Below, in pieces: positions 48,795-59,431 of a stretch of 64,000 bases of DNA; the stretch's first letter is position 1, and each line of letters starts with the position of its first letter. A program made the translations under genes and the position numbers. Origin of the DNA: Halorussus marinus (GTDB lineage: Archaea > Halobacteriota > Halobacteria > Halobacteriales > Haladaptataceae); NCBI RefSeq assembly GCF_004765795.1, contig NZ_SBIV01000007.1:124001-188000 (forward strand). Reading direction: 5' to 3'. The notes beneath the pieces are model-generated. The model ran no database searches. It had not been told where the DNA came from and saw only the letters and a program-made list of their open reading frames with translations.

Positions 48795-50261
48795 TTAGAA
48801 GGAGAACCGATCACGCGCGGATTGCATCGCGAGGCGAGTCAGGAGTCGCGCAGGGCCACGCTTTGGGAGGTCCCGTACAGTCTCGATGCTGGTCGGCGGT
48901 TCACTACCACCAATGTCTAACTCCCAGCCTGTCTCGTCCATGAAGCGTTCGACAGCCTGATTTACTCGCTGTCGCACGTCGTCCGAGTCCATTGTCTCGG
49001 GCACACCATTCCGGAGGACGACGTCGCCGTCAACGATCACTGTCTCGACGTCGGCCGGGACCGCGTTGTTCACGACGTGTGCGGGAACGTTGGTCAGTGG
49101 CGTGAACTTCGGTTTGTCGACGTCGAGGAGGATAATATCCGCGCGCTTTCCCGCTTCGATACTGCCGATCTCGTCGCCCATCCCCAGCGCGCGTGCGCCC
49201 TCGATAGTGAGCATTCGTATCAGTTCCATCGAGTCGAACTGCCCGGCTGAACGCTTGAGATTTGCCGCCAGCCGAGCTTGCCGCGCTTCACCGAACATGC
49301 TGTACGAGTCGTGCCAGTAGTGGTCGTCAATCCCTACTCCGACGTCGACGCCGGCGGCTCGAAGCTCGGGAACGGGCGTCCACTGCGTCTCCCCGTCCGG
49401 ATTCCAGTAACAGAAGACGGACGGGCAGTGCGCAACAGCCGCGTCCGCCTCGGCGGTTCGCTGGATGTCCTCTTCGTCGCCGAGGCGGAAGTGAGCAGCG
49501 ACCAGTCGGTCGTCCAGGAGTCCAACGTCGTCGAGCAATCCTACCGAGTCCTCGCCACCGTTCGCTCGTGCCATCGTGTTACTCTCCTCGAGTTCGAGCA
49601 AGTGCGTGTGGACGAGCAGGTCCGGATACTCTGCGGCGAGGGATGCGGTCCGTTCCCACAGCTGCCGGGTACACGACCAGTCGTCGTGCGGGCAGATCGT
49701 CGCCCTGATTCGGCCGTCGTACGTGTCGTGGTACGTTTCGACGAACTCGCGAGCACGGGAGAACTGCTGATCGACTGGTTGGTCCCAGAAGAGGTCCGAG
49801 ATCGCCGGGCCGAAAAATCCGCGGAGCCCTGCTTCCCCGAACGCCTCTGCACCTGCGGCAGGCCGTGCGTCCATCGAGTTCACGGTCGTGACACCGCCCA
49901 AGAGGAAATTGAGCGCTGCGAGCTCGACGCCTGCCTCGACGAGGTACTCGAATTCGCCGTTCCCTAATCTGTTAAACAAGGCCGTCCCACTCCCAAGCAT
50001 CTCCGTCAGCTCGAGTTCGCTAAACGCACCGATGAGCGGTGTCATCTCCAAGTGCGTGTGGGCGTTCACCAACCCCGGCATCACCAGTTTCCCGTTCCCG
50101 TCGATAACGGTGGACGCTTCTAATTCTCCGTCTCCTGCACGTGATGGTCGGACTTCTTCGATACAGCCATCGGTGATGCATACTGTGCCGCGCTCGTACA
50201 GGCGGTTCCGCTCGTCGGCTGTGAGAACGAGTGCATCATGGATTGCCAGATCGACAGCCAT
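48795..50261 (-). CDS. Amidohydrolase (MTA/SAH deaminase-like)
   Basis: PGLVNAHTH, HTHLLE, AAH, GIDD, GSIEAGKRAD. Confidence 0.88.
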   Translation of the reverse strand: MAVDLAIHDALVLTADERNRLYERGTVCITDGCIEEVRPSRAGDGELEASTVIDGNGKLVMPGLVNAHTHLEMTPLIGAFSELELTEMLGSGTALFNRLGNGEFEYLVEAGVELAALNFLLGGVTTVNSMDARPAAGAEAFGEAGLRGFFGPAISDLFWDQPVDQQFSRAREFVETYHDTYDGRIRATICPHDDWSCTRQLWERTASLAAEYPDLLVHTHLLELEESNTMARANGGEDSVGLLDDVGLLDDRLVAAHFRLGDEEDIQRTAEADAAVAHCPSVFCYWNPDGETQWTPVPELRAAGVDVGVGIDDHYWHDSYSMFGEARQARLAANLKRSAGQFDSMELIRMLTIEGARALGMGDEIGSIEAGKRADIILLDVDKPKFTPLTNVPAHVVNNAVPADVETVIVDGDVVLRNGVPETMDSDDVRQRVNQAVERFMDETGWELDIGGSEPPTSIETVRDLPKRGPARLLTRLAMQSARDRFSF

Positions 50262-50589
50262 CGTAAATTAGGAAGTGGATGTGACAGTTACCGTACTGGA
50301 CAACCGAGCAGGCCGGCGAAGGCTGTTCTTCCAGGTGGTGTTCCCCTCATTTGGGATATCATCGGTCTCTACTGGTCCCATTAGCCTCTAATACGTCGGC
50401 GTGATTTAATCAGATTCCCCTTTTGAATCTGAAGTCGGATTCCGTGGAGCTTGTGGAGGTTTGCAATGTTTTCCCCTCTTCACGATAGATCATCTATGGC
50501 CGACGGTTACGATGCCATAGTACTGATACCCTCATAGGCAGTATATTCTAATCAAAACCGCAATAGATGATCCCTACAATGATACACCT

Positions 50590-51984
50590 ATGCAGGCGAC
50601 GATAATCGACGGAGTTCTTGAATCCCTTCGTATCGGTGTCGGATTTCTCTGGACGGCGGCGTGGGCGATCATCATGGGCCTCACGATTACGAGTCTGGTC
50701 CAGGTCTACGTCTCGAAGGAGCGGATGGCACAGGTGCTGGGTGAGGGCGATCTAACTGGACTTACCAAGGCGACTGTGTTCGGAGCAGCAAGCAGTGGCT
50801 GTAGTTTCGGCGCCGTCGCCATCGGGAAGGGCCTGTTCAAGAAGGGGGCGCACGCGGTGAACTTCCTCGCGTTCATGTTCGCGTCGACGAACCTCATCGT
50901 CGAACTAGGGCTGATGATTCTCATCCTGCTTGGCTGGGAGTTCCTCGTCGCGGAACTGCTCGGCGGCCTGATTCTCATCGCCGTCATGGCCGCCATCGTC
51001 CACCTCACGCTTCCCGAAAACCTGTTTAACGAAGTCCGCGAGAAGCTCAACGAGCGCGACCGCCAGGCGGGCGTCACGGAAGATCCCACCTGCGGGATGG
51101 AGGGGAAAGACGAGTACACGCTCACGACCGACGGCGGTGAGACGCTCAAATTCTGCTCGGAGGGCTGTATGGAGACCTATCGCCAGGAGACGTCGAGTAG
51201 CGGCGGGTGGCGTGACGAGTTGCTGTCGTGGGGTGGCTGGTACAAGGTCGGGAATCAGTACCGCAAGGAGTGGTCGATGATCTGGAAAGACATCGTCGCC
51301 GGCTTCCTTATTTCTGGGTTCGTCATCGTCTTCGTCCCGCAGTGGGTGTGGAACACGCTGTTCATTCAGGGCGACGGCCTGCTCGTGACTGCCGAGAACG
51401 CCGTCATGGGCGTCATCATCGCCGTCCTCAGTTTCGTCGGCAGTATGGGCAACGTCCCGTTCGCCGTCGCGCTCTGGGGTGGTGGCGTCAGCTTCGCCGG
51501 GATCATCGCGTTCGTCTACGCCGACCTCATCACCGTGCCCGTCCTGAACGTCTACCGGAAGTACTACGGCTGGAAGGTGATGCTGTACATCCTCGGCGTC
51601 TTCTTCGTCACGATGGCGTTCACCGGCTTCCTCATGGAGCTGCTGTTCGACGCGCTGGGTATCGTTCCAGATCTGGCGGGCGGCGAGACGGCGACTGAAC
51701 AGACGTACTTCGAGCTCAACTACACGTTCTACCTCAATATTATCGCCTTTGCGCTCTCCGGGTTCCTTCTGTATGTCTACCGGCGGGGACTCGGCGCACC
51801 AGGTCAGTATCGAGATCCGGTGTGCGGGATGCGAACCGACGATGAGGGCCCGAGTGCGTCCCACGATGGGACGACGTACTATTTTTGCTCAAAGAAATGC
51901 AAGCGTACGTTCGAAGAAGAACCAACGGAATTTACTAATCAAAGCCCGCAAATATCGAGCCACGATCACGATCATGACCACTGA
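50590..51984 (+). CDS. Permease (DUF318/ArsP-like) with two YHS/TRASH domains and a His tail
   Basis: SSGCSF; DPTCGM...FCSEGC; DPVCGM...YFCSKKC; HDHDHDH. Confidence 0.85.
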   Translation: MQATIIDGVLESLRIGVGFLWTAAWAIIMGLTITSLVQVYVSKERMAQVLGEGDLTGLTKATVFGAASSGCSFGAVAIGKGLFKKGAHAVNFLAFMFASTNLIVELGLMILILLGWEFLVAELLGGLILIAVMAAIVHLTLPENLFNEVREKLNERDRQAGVTEDPTCGMEGKDEYTLTTDGGETLKFCSEGCMETYRQETSSSGGWRDELLSWGGWYKVGNQYRKEWSMIWKDIVAGFLISGFVIVFVPQWVWNTLFIQGDGLLVTAENAVMGVIIAVLSFVGSMGNVPFAVALWGGGVSFAGIIAFVYADLITVPVLNVYRKYYGWKVMLYILGVFFVTMAFTGFLMELLFDALGIVPDLAGGETATEQTYFELNYTFYLNIIAFALSGFLLYVYRRGLGAPGQYRDPVCGMRTDDEGPSASHDGTTYYFCSKKCKRTFEEEPTEFTNQSPQISSHDHDHDH

Positions 51985-52109
51985 TGATCGCACTGTGGTT
52001 CATCCGCTGTGATGGGGTTCATCATCACAGTTTCAATCCGCAATTGTCACACCTACTGCGCTCAAATAGACGGTATGAATAGTCAAATCCCGCAACTCGG
52101 GGCTGTCAT

Positions 52110-52709
52110 ATGAATCGCCGTCGAGCAGATACTGTCGTCGGTGTGCTTCTCGGGTTCGTTCTCCTGGCCGGCGGGGTACTCAGTTGGCGGGCCTATCAAC
52201 AGCGTCGGGCTATCGAGCAATCGATGGGGTCAATGATGGGTTCATCTATGGGAACGATGCACGGCCCAGACCCCCTCTGGTACGTGGTTGGAACCCTGCT
52301 GGTTGCTGGCGTTATCGGTGGCGTCTATTACGTGGTCCGGGGAGAACTCACCGATCCAGAAGTGGCCGACACAACGGTGCCTGTCGATCCTGCACAGACA
52401 TCGGCGGCAACAGCTACGTCGATGGATGATGACGCTGCACCGGCGACGTCTATCAATCCTGAATCGGACCCCCAAGCACGCGTTCTCGATCTCTTACCGG
52501 ATGATGAACGACGCGTCCTCGAACCCGTCCTGAACTCCCCCGGAATCACGCAGATTGAACTTCGGGATCGATCTGAGTTCTCGAAGAGTAAAGTAAGCCA
52601 GACCGTGAGTTCACTCGAGGAGCGAGGTCTGCTGTATCGGGAACGACAGGGTCGGACCTATCGTGTGTATCCGAGTGATGACCTTCGGCAGCAACAACCG
52701 GGAAAATAG
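52110..52709 (+). CDS. Membrane-anchored wHTH regulator
   Basis: Two TM helices, Met-rich loop, GITQIELRDRSEFSKSKVSQ. Confidence 0.8.
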   Translation: MNRRRADTVVGVLLGFVLLAGGVLSWRAYQQRRAIEQSMGSMMGSSMGTMHGPDPLWYVVGTLLVAGVIGGVYYVVRGELTDPEVADTTVPVDPAQTSAATATSMDDDAAPATSINPESDPQARVLDLLPDDERRVLEPVLNSPGITQIELRDRSEFSKSKVSQTVSSLEERGLLYRERQGRTYRVYPSDDLRQQQPGK

Positions 52710-52877
52710 TCGCTATCTATCGGGCGCTCTCCCTCTCGAATTCCGTAGGTATGAACGGTCTCCCTCGAGCAAAACGGTTAGAAGATGTTATAGACGTTCT
52801 CGAACGTTCTCCTGTATGGATTCACACCCATGTCGATAACTCCCGAGCAGGCCTACGAGTAACCGAGGAGAGAGACA

Positions 52878-53198
52878 ATGACCAACTTCAAACTCGGCCG
52901 GTGGCTGCTCGTGGCGCTCGCGATTGTCGGACTCGCGTTCGCCGCACCGGCAGTCAGCGCACACGACAACGCAACGACCGCTGACGACGCGCCTACGGAC
53001 AATGCCACCGCAGATGAATGGGCCACTTGGATGGAGGCACAGATGACCGAACACATGGGCCCGGGTAGCGTCGAGTGGATGGAGTCGCACATGGGTGTGA
53101 CCGTCGACGAGATGGCCCAGGACATGGCTGACGGGGAATACCACGACGGGGCTGACGACGGCTACAACGGCGGGATGTACGGGCAGGGCCACTGCTGA
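52878..53198 (+). CDS. Small secreted Met/His-rich protein
   Basis: Signal peptide (VSA-H); WMEAQMTEHMG...WMESHMG. Confidence 0.75.
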   Translation: MTNFKLGRWLLVALAIVGLAFAAPAVSAHDNATTADDAPTDNATADEWATWMEAQMTEHMGPGSVEWMESHMGVTVDEMAQDMADGEYHDGADDGYNGGMYGQGHC

Positions 53199-53255
53199 CG
53201 GCTCTGGCCGTTTCGATCGCTCCAATCGAACACCACAACTCACCAACGCAAGATA

Positions 53256-53609
53256 ATGACGCAACTCACCACTCACATCGGACGCACTGCTCGGCGACTC
53301 GCGATCCTCGCCGTCCCGCTGCTAGTTGCGGCGACTGGACCGGCTGTTGCCCACGGTAGTGGGAGCTACGGCGGCGGCATGATGGGGGGCGGCTGGGGCC
53401 TCTTCGGTGGAGCGATGGGGCTCTGGGGGTTCCTCTGGATGGGGCTCCTCATCGCCGTTCCGCTCTACATTGTCTATGCGCTCCTCAATCGAGGCTCCGG
53501 TGGGAACGAAGAGCAGTCGCTGTCGGTTCTCCGTGAGCGCTACGCCCGCGGAGAGCTCTCGGATGACGAATTCGATCGGCGGCGAGAACAGCTCGAACGC
53601 ACCGGATGA
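53256..53609 (+). CDS. SHOCT-domain membrane protein
   Basis: LRERYARGELSDDEFDRRR. Confidence 0.85.
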   Translation: MTQLTTHIGRTARRLAILAVPLLVAATGPAVAHGSGSYGGGMMGGGWGLFGGAMGLWGFLWMGLLIAVPLYIVYALLNRGSGGNEEQSLSVLRERYARGELSDDEFDRRREQLERTG

Positions 53610-53704
53610 CTGGAGCAGCTGCTGTTCCAGCCGATACATCATATTCCCAACGGCCGCCGTTGCGGCACCCAACCGTTAACCCCGTAGACGGGGTATGATA
53701 CTTC

Positions 53705-54121
53705 ATGGAATACACAATACAGACTTCAGTCACCGGTGAGTTCGACGACGTCGTCGACACGACGATTGCGGCGCTCAAAGACGAAGGATTCGGCGTCCTC
53801 TGTGACATCGACGTCCAAGCGACGCTCGAGGAGAAACTCGGCGAGGAGTTTCGACAGTACTGCATCCTCGGTGCGTGCAACCCGGGGCTGGCACACGAGG
53901 GCCTGAACGAAGAGATCGAACTCGGCGCACTCCTCCCGTGTAACGTCATTGTCTACGAAACCGACGGCGGCGAGGTCATGGTGAGTGCCGTCGACCCACA
54001 ACAGCTCGTCGGCATCGCCGACAACGAGGCACTCGACTCGATCGCGAACGAGGTCCACGACCGGTTCGAACGCGTTCTCGCCAGCGTCGCGGACGAACTC
54101 GAATCATCGACCGAGATCTGA
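53705..54121 (+). CDS. DUF302-domain protein
   Basis: GFGVLCDIDV, ILGACNP, GALLPC. Confidence 0.88.
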   Translation: MEYTIQTSVTGEFDDVVDTTIAALKDEGFGVLCDIDVQATLEEKLGEEFRQYCILGACNPGLAHEGLNEEIELGALLPCNVIVYETDGGEVMVSAVDPQQLVGIADNEALDSIANEVHDRFERVLASVADELESSTEI

Positions 54122-54124
54122 ACC

Positions 54125-54478
54125 ATGACATCATCAAACCAACTCGACACCACAACCATCGTCCTCCTCATCCTCGGGGCGATCATCGTCCTCCCCTTGC
54201 TCACGATGGGGATGGGATTCGGCGGGATGATGGGATACGGTGGAATGATGGGTGGATACGGGACGACCAGCGGCTGGTGGCCACTCGTCGGGATGCTCGT
54301 CCAGCTGGTCTTCCTCCTCCTCCTGCTCGGTGGCGGATATCTCGTCTTCCGTCGCGTGACGGCATCGCAGTCGTCGCGGAATCCCGCAATGGAGGAGCTG
54401 CGTATGGCATACGCCCGCGGAGATCTCACCGAGGAAGAGTTCGAGGCGCGTCGGAACAAGCTCGAACGCTCGGAGTGA
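54125..54478 (+). CDS. SHOCT-domain membrane protein
   Basis: GMM repeats; LRMAYARGDLTEEEFEARR. Confidence 0.85.
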   Translation: MTSSNQLDTTTIVLLILGAIIVLPLLTMGMGFGGMMGYGGMMGGYGTTSGWWPLVGMLVQLVFLLLLLGGGYLVFRRVTASQSSRNPAMEELRMAYARGDLTEEEFEARRNKLERSE

Positions 54479-54601
54479 CGGTCCGACCACCAACCTCCGG
54501 CGTTACTCACGTCCGGCCCCTTGGAATCCGAAATCTGTGACCCTCACAGCTTTCGGATGTGAATAGAAGTGTGCTAAAAGCATAAGACCATACTAGCTAC
54601 T

Positions 54602-54910
54602 ATGACGGAAGTTATCCTGTTCACACAGGAGACTTGTGGAGCGTGCGCAACGCAGCGAGAGAAAAACGAGGGTATCGAAGATGCGTATCCGGATGTCGAG
54701 TTCCGGGAGGTCGACATCCAGACCGATCTGGAGACGGCCGAGGAGTACGGTGTCCGAAAGACGCCAACGACGCTCGTGTATGCAAACGGGGAACAGACGG
54801 CCGAGTTCATCGGCATCGTCGACCGGGACGAATTGGAGGCTGCCATCGAGAGCGCCGGCCAGCAATCGCCCGGACTCACGAACCGGCTCGCCAGCATCAT
54901 CCGTGGATAA
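54602..54910 (+). CDS. Thioredoxin-family protein
   Basis: CGAC; YGVRKTPT. Confidence 0.82.
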   Translation: MTEVILFTQETCGACATQREKNEGIEDAYPDVEFREVDIQTDLETAEEYGVRKTPTTLVYANGEQTAEFIGIVDRDELEAAIESAGQQSPGLTNRLASIIRG

Positions 54911-54929
54911 CAGAAGCCAACCAGCTACA

Positions 54930-55676
54930 ATGACAGACTACAGTAGACGCCAGTTCCTGGGAGCGCTCGGTGCTGGCACAGTCGCGAGTGCGGGATTCAC
55001 CCAACCAGTCGCCGCACAGGAGACGCCCGTCGTGAAGATGGGCAACAACTACTTCGACCCGATCGGGCTCCACGTCGAACCTGGCACGACCGTCCGCTTC
55101 GAGATAGCAGCCGGAGCTCACTCGGCGACGGCCTATCCGGACCGCGTTCCCGCCGACGCCACCGCCTTCGACAGCGGGACCATCTCGCAGGGGAGCTTCG
55201 AGCACACGTTCGAGGTGCCCGGAACGTACGACTACTACTGCATCCCTCACAAGACGGTCGGCATGGTCGGTCGCATCGTCGTTGGTAGCCCTGGCGGTCC
55301 AGCTGAAGACAGCCCGATCCCGGACGGCGAGGTCCCAGACAGCGAAACGATCGTCCAGAACGGCGCCGTTGCCGTCGGCTCGGACGTCGACGGCAGTGGG
55401 AGTACCGATGGCGGAATGATGGGTCCAGGGATGATGCACGGCCGGAACGGTGGATGGTTCGGTGGGCTGCCGTTCGTCGGCGGGGCACTCGGGATGCTGG
55501 GGCTGGTCGGCGGCTTCCTCTACTGGGCAATGGGTCGAGGCGATGCACCTCCAGAGAGTGACGATTCCGCTATGGAAACCCTCCAACGTCGTTACGCACG
55601 AGGCGAGATCGACGAAGAAGAGTTCCAGAAGCGTCGTGAACGGTTGGAGACTGGGAGTGAAGATCCATCTCGGTAA
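54930..55676 (+). CDS. Tat-exported plastocyanin/halocyanin-like cupredoxin with C-terminal TM and SHOCT
   Basis: SRRQFL; HSAT; YYCIPHKTVGM; RYARGEIDEEEF. Confidence 0.88.
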   Translation: MTDYSRRQFLGALGAGTVASAGFTQPVAAQETPVVKMGNNYFDPIGLHVEPGTTVRFEIAAGAHSATAYPDRVPADATAFDSGTISQGSFEHTFEVPGTYDYYCIPHKTVGMVGRIVVGSPGGPAEDSPIPDGEVPDSETIVQNGAVAVGSDVDGSGSTDGGMMGPGMMHGRNGGWFGGLPFVGGALGMLGLVGGFLYWAMGRGDAPPESDDSAMETLQRRYARGEIDEEEFQKRRERLETGSEDPSR

Positions 55677-55960
55677 GGCGCGGTGTCGTCGCCATTTCTA
55701 CACGCCCGAGGTCCCTCGCTCAGGAGTCCTTCGAAGACCTGTTCCTACGCCGCGGCACTTCTCCGCGGAACGTAAGCCGCACTCATCGGTGCCCAGAGAA
55801 CGAGGGACACAGCAGCAACCAGAGTCCACCGAACCGTTTGCCCGATCAGACGGTCGTAGTGAAATCCGAGTCAAACTATCCAATTGAGCGAAGCTGGATA
55901 TAGTGCTGTTTGGGTCTTCTCCCCTACAGTTACCGGAGTAAGTAGTCTACTGGCCTGATC

Positions 55961-56713
55961 TTACTTCTCCTGTGTAATTCGGTAGTAGACGCCGATTGTG
56001 AGGACAGCTACGAGGAGGAGGTATCCAGTAGCCCACACCAATGAGAGAGTCGTATCTACGTCCGTTGTGAGTCCGGTATCGACCATCACACGGACGGGCC
56101 AATAGCCGGGGAGTAGTTTCATCCACCATTCGGGCTCGGACTGGATGAACAGCGGATCCTGGAAGAGTCCGATATCGAGCATCGGGAGAATCAGCATTAG
56201 CCACATCCCGGCTAGGCGGTCGAAAACGGCCCCGACGAGCATCCCGATGAGACCATACGTGACCGAGACGACGAGCATCGCTGCGACGAACCACCAGAGA
56301 TGCTCAGGCTGGAAATCGACGAGCATCACGCCGACTGAGACGCCGGTAACGATGAGAGTGATTGCTGCGAGGACCCCAAACCGGGCAGTGATTACCTGTC
56401 GTGCACGATAGCCGGCGACTGCCAGACGACCGTCTGTGTCTTTGGCTTCTCGCATCAGGAACAACCCGGCGAGTCCCGCGATGAGGGCGCTCGTAATCGG
56501 CGTCATAATCACGCCGTGGACCTCAGGCATCCCTCGCATGACCGTCACCGTCTCACCGTCGACGAGCGTCCGAACCGGCATCTCGACGTCCTGGGTGACT
56601 GCGAACGCCAACGTGATGAACGAGACCGGTAGGACGACCAGTAGAGCGACGAGGACGTAGTTTCGCGCCTGTTCTTTGATGCCGATTGTGAACGCCGTTG
56701 TCGTACGACTCAT
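55961..56713 (-). CDS. ABC-2 type transporter permease
   Basis: About six TM segments, coupled to the ABC ATPase. Confidence 0.8.
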   Translation of the reverse strand: MSRTTTAFTIGIKEQARNYVLVALLVVLPVSFITLAFAVTQDVEMPVRTLVDGETVTVMRGMPEVHGVIMTPITSALIAGLAGLFLMREAKDTDGRLAVAGYRARQVITARFGVLAAITLIVTGVSVGVMLVDFQPEHLWWFVAAMLVVSVTYGLIGMLVGAVFDRLAGMWLMLILPMLDIGLFQDPLFIQSEPEWWMKLLPGYWPVRVMVDTGLTTDVDTTLSLVWATGYLLLVAVLTIGVYYRITQEK

Positions 56714-57447
56714 GCGGACCACCCACCACTGGTGCGCATCGTCACTCCGAACACTGCGGTGACGAGTACAAGCAGGACTAGCAGGTATCCGGCGACGAAG
56801 CCGAGATCACCCGTCGTATATGTGCCTTGGAACATCGCCTCCTGAAGGAGTTCCTTTGGATGATAGAGCGGGAAGTATTCCACGAACTCGGGAACGTCGG
56901 CGGCCAGCGGACTGTCGCCACTGAGGAACGCATCCATCATTGCAAGGAACACCACGACGAGCGAGCCTTCGAACAGTCGTGGAAGGAGCGCCCCGACGAG
57001 TGCGCCAAGAAACGCATAGACGAGGCCGGCAAGTACGAGGAATACGAACGTCAGGACAGGGGCTCCCGGTGAAATCGTCAGCCAGAGAACGCCGTAGTTT
57101 ACGGCAGCCACGACAACGGTCACTCCTCCGAGCGCCGCTAATCGAGTCGCAAGCAGTGTTCGGGGTGGATAGCCTGTCTGAACGAGTCGCCGATCGGCTG
57201 CACGCGCACTAATCATCTGCGCGAGTCCCATCAGGCCGGCAATGATGGCGACCCCGAATATCGCTCCGAGAAGGCGACCTAGCTCGATCGGAATCGCCTC
57301 GACCGTCGGCATACTTGGTAACCCAGCCATTGCTTGTCCCCAGCCTTCGATAACGACAATCGGAAGGAGAAGTGCTAGGACAACATTCAGGGGGGTTCTG
57401 AGGAAGGTGGAGACGTTCGCCCGAATCCCCGTCCAAACCCTATTCAT
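56710..57447 (-). CDS. ABC-2 type transporter permease
   Basis: About six TM segments, paralogous to its neighbour. Confidence 0.8.
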   Translation of the reverse strand: MNRVWTGIRANVSTFLRTPLNVVLALLLPIVVIEGWGQAMAGLPSMPTVEAIPIELGRLLGAIFGVAIIAGLMGLAQMISARAADRRLVQTGYPPRTLLATRLAALGGVTVVVAAVNYGVLWLTISPGAPVLTFVFLVLAGLVYAFLGALVGALLPRLFEGSLVVVFLAMMDAFLSGDSPLAADVPEFVEYFPLYHPKELLQEAMFQGTYTTGDLGFVAGYLLVLLVLVTAVFGVTMRTSGGWSA

Positions 57448-58171
57448 CGGTCTCTTCCCCCCGTTCACTGGCCGTTGCATCAGTCTCGCCTTCCTGGTCA
57501 GTCACGTCGTAGACCTGTCCGTCACGAACCTCATAGATGCGGTCGAGACGACTTTGCTCTTCGATCAGGTGTGAAATCATCGTGACAGCTGTTCCGTCGG
57601 CAGCGAGTTCCTCGGCGAGATCCCAGAACGTGAGATACGTTTCCCAGTCGAATCCAGTGTAGGGCTCGTCCAGCATGAGGACGTCCGGATCGTGCATCAG
57701 GGCGATACTGAGATTGATTTTCTGCCGGTTTCCACCACTGAGTTGGTCGATTCGGTAGTCAAGGTACTGCTCGAAATCGAGTTTCGACGCCAAGCGGTGT
57801 TTGGCCTCGTCGATTTCTTCGGCGGTCATTCCGTATCCGGAACCGAACAGTCGGAACGTCTCTCCGACCGTCAAGCGGTCGTAAAGCAGTGGTTCCTGTG
57901 GACACCAGCCAACGGTTCCCGTCCGTTCGACTGTTCCGGAATCCTGTTCGAGGACACCGACGAGGATGTTCATGAGCGTGGATTTGCCCGACCCGTTCGC
58001 GCCGACGATCCCGACGATTTCCCCCGTCCGAATTTCGAGATCGGCATCGGTGAGGACGGTCACTGACCGCGTAAATGGAAAACTCGATCCGTACGTTTTT
58101 TCAATCTCATTAGCACGGACGAGTACCTTGTTGCTTGTAGCTTCTCCTTTGGTGGTTGTGGACGCTTCCAT
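57440..58171 (-). CDS. ABC transporter ATP-binding protein
   Basis: GANGSGKS, LSGGN, MLDEP. Confidence 0.92.
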   Translation of the reverse strand: MEASTTTKGEATSNKVLVRANEIEKTYGSSFPFTRSVTVLTDADLEIRTGEIVGIVGANGSGKSTLMNILVGVLEQDSGTVERTGTVGWCPQEPLLYDRLTVGETFRLFGSGYGMTAEEIDEAKHRLASKLDFEQYLDYRIDQLSGGNRQKINLSIALMHDPDVLMLDEPYTGFDWETYLTFWDLAEELAADGTAVTMISHLIEEQSRLDRIYEVRDGQVYDVTDQEGETDATASERGEETDE

Positions 58172-58279
58172 AGGTGTATACACACGCTTCTAATTCACTG
58201 CGATTACTGTTTCAAATCAAAACTATTTGCAGCAAACTCGTAAGCAATCAGGAATTGAGTATACAGCTAATGCTAGACT

Positions 58280-58882
58280 CTAAGCATCAGATTTCTCTTG
58301 ACTTTCTGTATACTGTTCCCTATACGTTGTTTCACAGTTCTCACTGCAAAACTGCTGGAGTGAACCACCGACACGGGTGGCTAGTCCGTCTTCACCGACA
58401 GTGGTTCCGCAATTTGCACATTTGAGTGCGGATTCAGTCCCCTCGGCATACGCTGATTGAGCAGCGTTCGACAGCAGTTGTACGTCGTATCGCCGCACGT
58501 CAGTCAGTGGTAGATATTGCTGCGCCCAGTTTCCGACTGTATTCCGCGGCGGCGTCGCAACAGCTACGATTTCGCCCTCCGCAGTTGTGAATACGTGTTC
58601 TACGGCTGGGGTCTCGAGGATCGATTCTCGAAGAGAATCCGTCTTTCCGAGCTCAGGCTGGAGGCGTACCATGACGTGTATCCGGTTTTCGTACTGTGTG
58701 AGGTCGAGATCAACGGTGAATCGACGAATGACATCTTCTTGCTCCAACTGACGGACGCGTGCTGAAACGGACGGGGGTGAAAGATTTACAGCCTCAGCAA
58801 TAGTGCTGTAGGGTCGTCTCGCGTTCTCCGCTAAAAGACGGAGGATTTCGCGATCCGTGTCGTCAAGTTCTGGTTGGGTCAT
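58280..58882 (-). CDS. Lrp/AsnC regulator with C-terminal TRASH domain (copper-responsive type)
   Basis: LDDTDREILRLLAENARRPY; CANCG...FCSENC. Confidence 0.88.
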   Translation of the reverse strand: MTQPELDDTDREILRLLAENARRPYSTIAEAVNLSPPSVSARVRQLEQEDVIRRFTVDLDLTQYENRIHVMVRLQPELGKTDSLRESILETPAVEHVFTTAEGEIVAVATPPRNTVGNWAQQYLPLTDVRRYDVQLLSNAAQSAYAEGTESALKCANCGTTVGEDGLATRVGGSLQQFCSENCETTYREQYTESQEKSDA

Positions 58883-58941
58883 CGAAAGGCGGAATGGGGG
58901 TGGGTGTGGGGGAGCTACGACGCAGGTGTGGGGTGTGACGG

Positions 58942-59082
58942 TTAGACGTACTCCTCCGGTGTCGAGGTGAACGTCTCCTTGCAGCCCTCGGCACAGAAGT
59001 AGTACGTCTGACCGTCGTACTCAGCTGTGGCCGCCGGATCACTTTCATCGACGTCCATTCCACAGACTGGATCAGTTGCCAT
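58942..59082 (-). CDS. Stand-alone YHS/TRASH protein, 46 aa (not in the ORF track)
   Basis: MATDPVCGMDVDESDPAATAEYDGQTYYFCAEGCKETFTSTPEEYV read manually. Confidence 0.85.
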   Translation of the reverse strand: MATDPVCGMDVDESDPAATAEYDGQTYYFCAEGCKETFTSTPEEYV

Positions 59083-59431
59083 TCGGTTTCACCCCACATC
59101 AATGGTACGAGGGCCTGAATCAAGCAATTTGTTCTTAGCAATCCAAAGTCGGGATACATAGCGATTTGAGCCGTGCTGCACGGTTTGGCTTTTCTGACTC
59201 CACAATCAACGGTTAGTACCTCACAATCCCGAACTATCGTTCGAGTATACCAACGGATTCCTATCTGTGTCCTATATAAATACTGGAGTCTGAACCAATT
59301 CTAAACCTATGGGTCACGATCCACCACACGACAATCACGAGCAGTGAAGACCCCACAGGTCCATCCAAATTCGTGGATGCTCAAGCGTCGACGTGACGAT
59401 CCGATTCTTTCTTGCGCCGTGCAAGTAGCAG

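Noticed and set aside
59289..59348. Very short His-rich ORF starting ATGGGTCACGAT and the CACGA repeats, divergent from the YHS gene
   Set aside because: Too short to support; might be a stub of a deleted metal-transport gene but this cannot be shown from the sequence.
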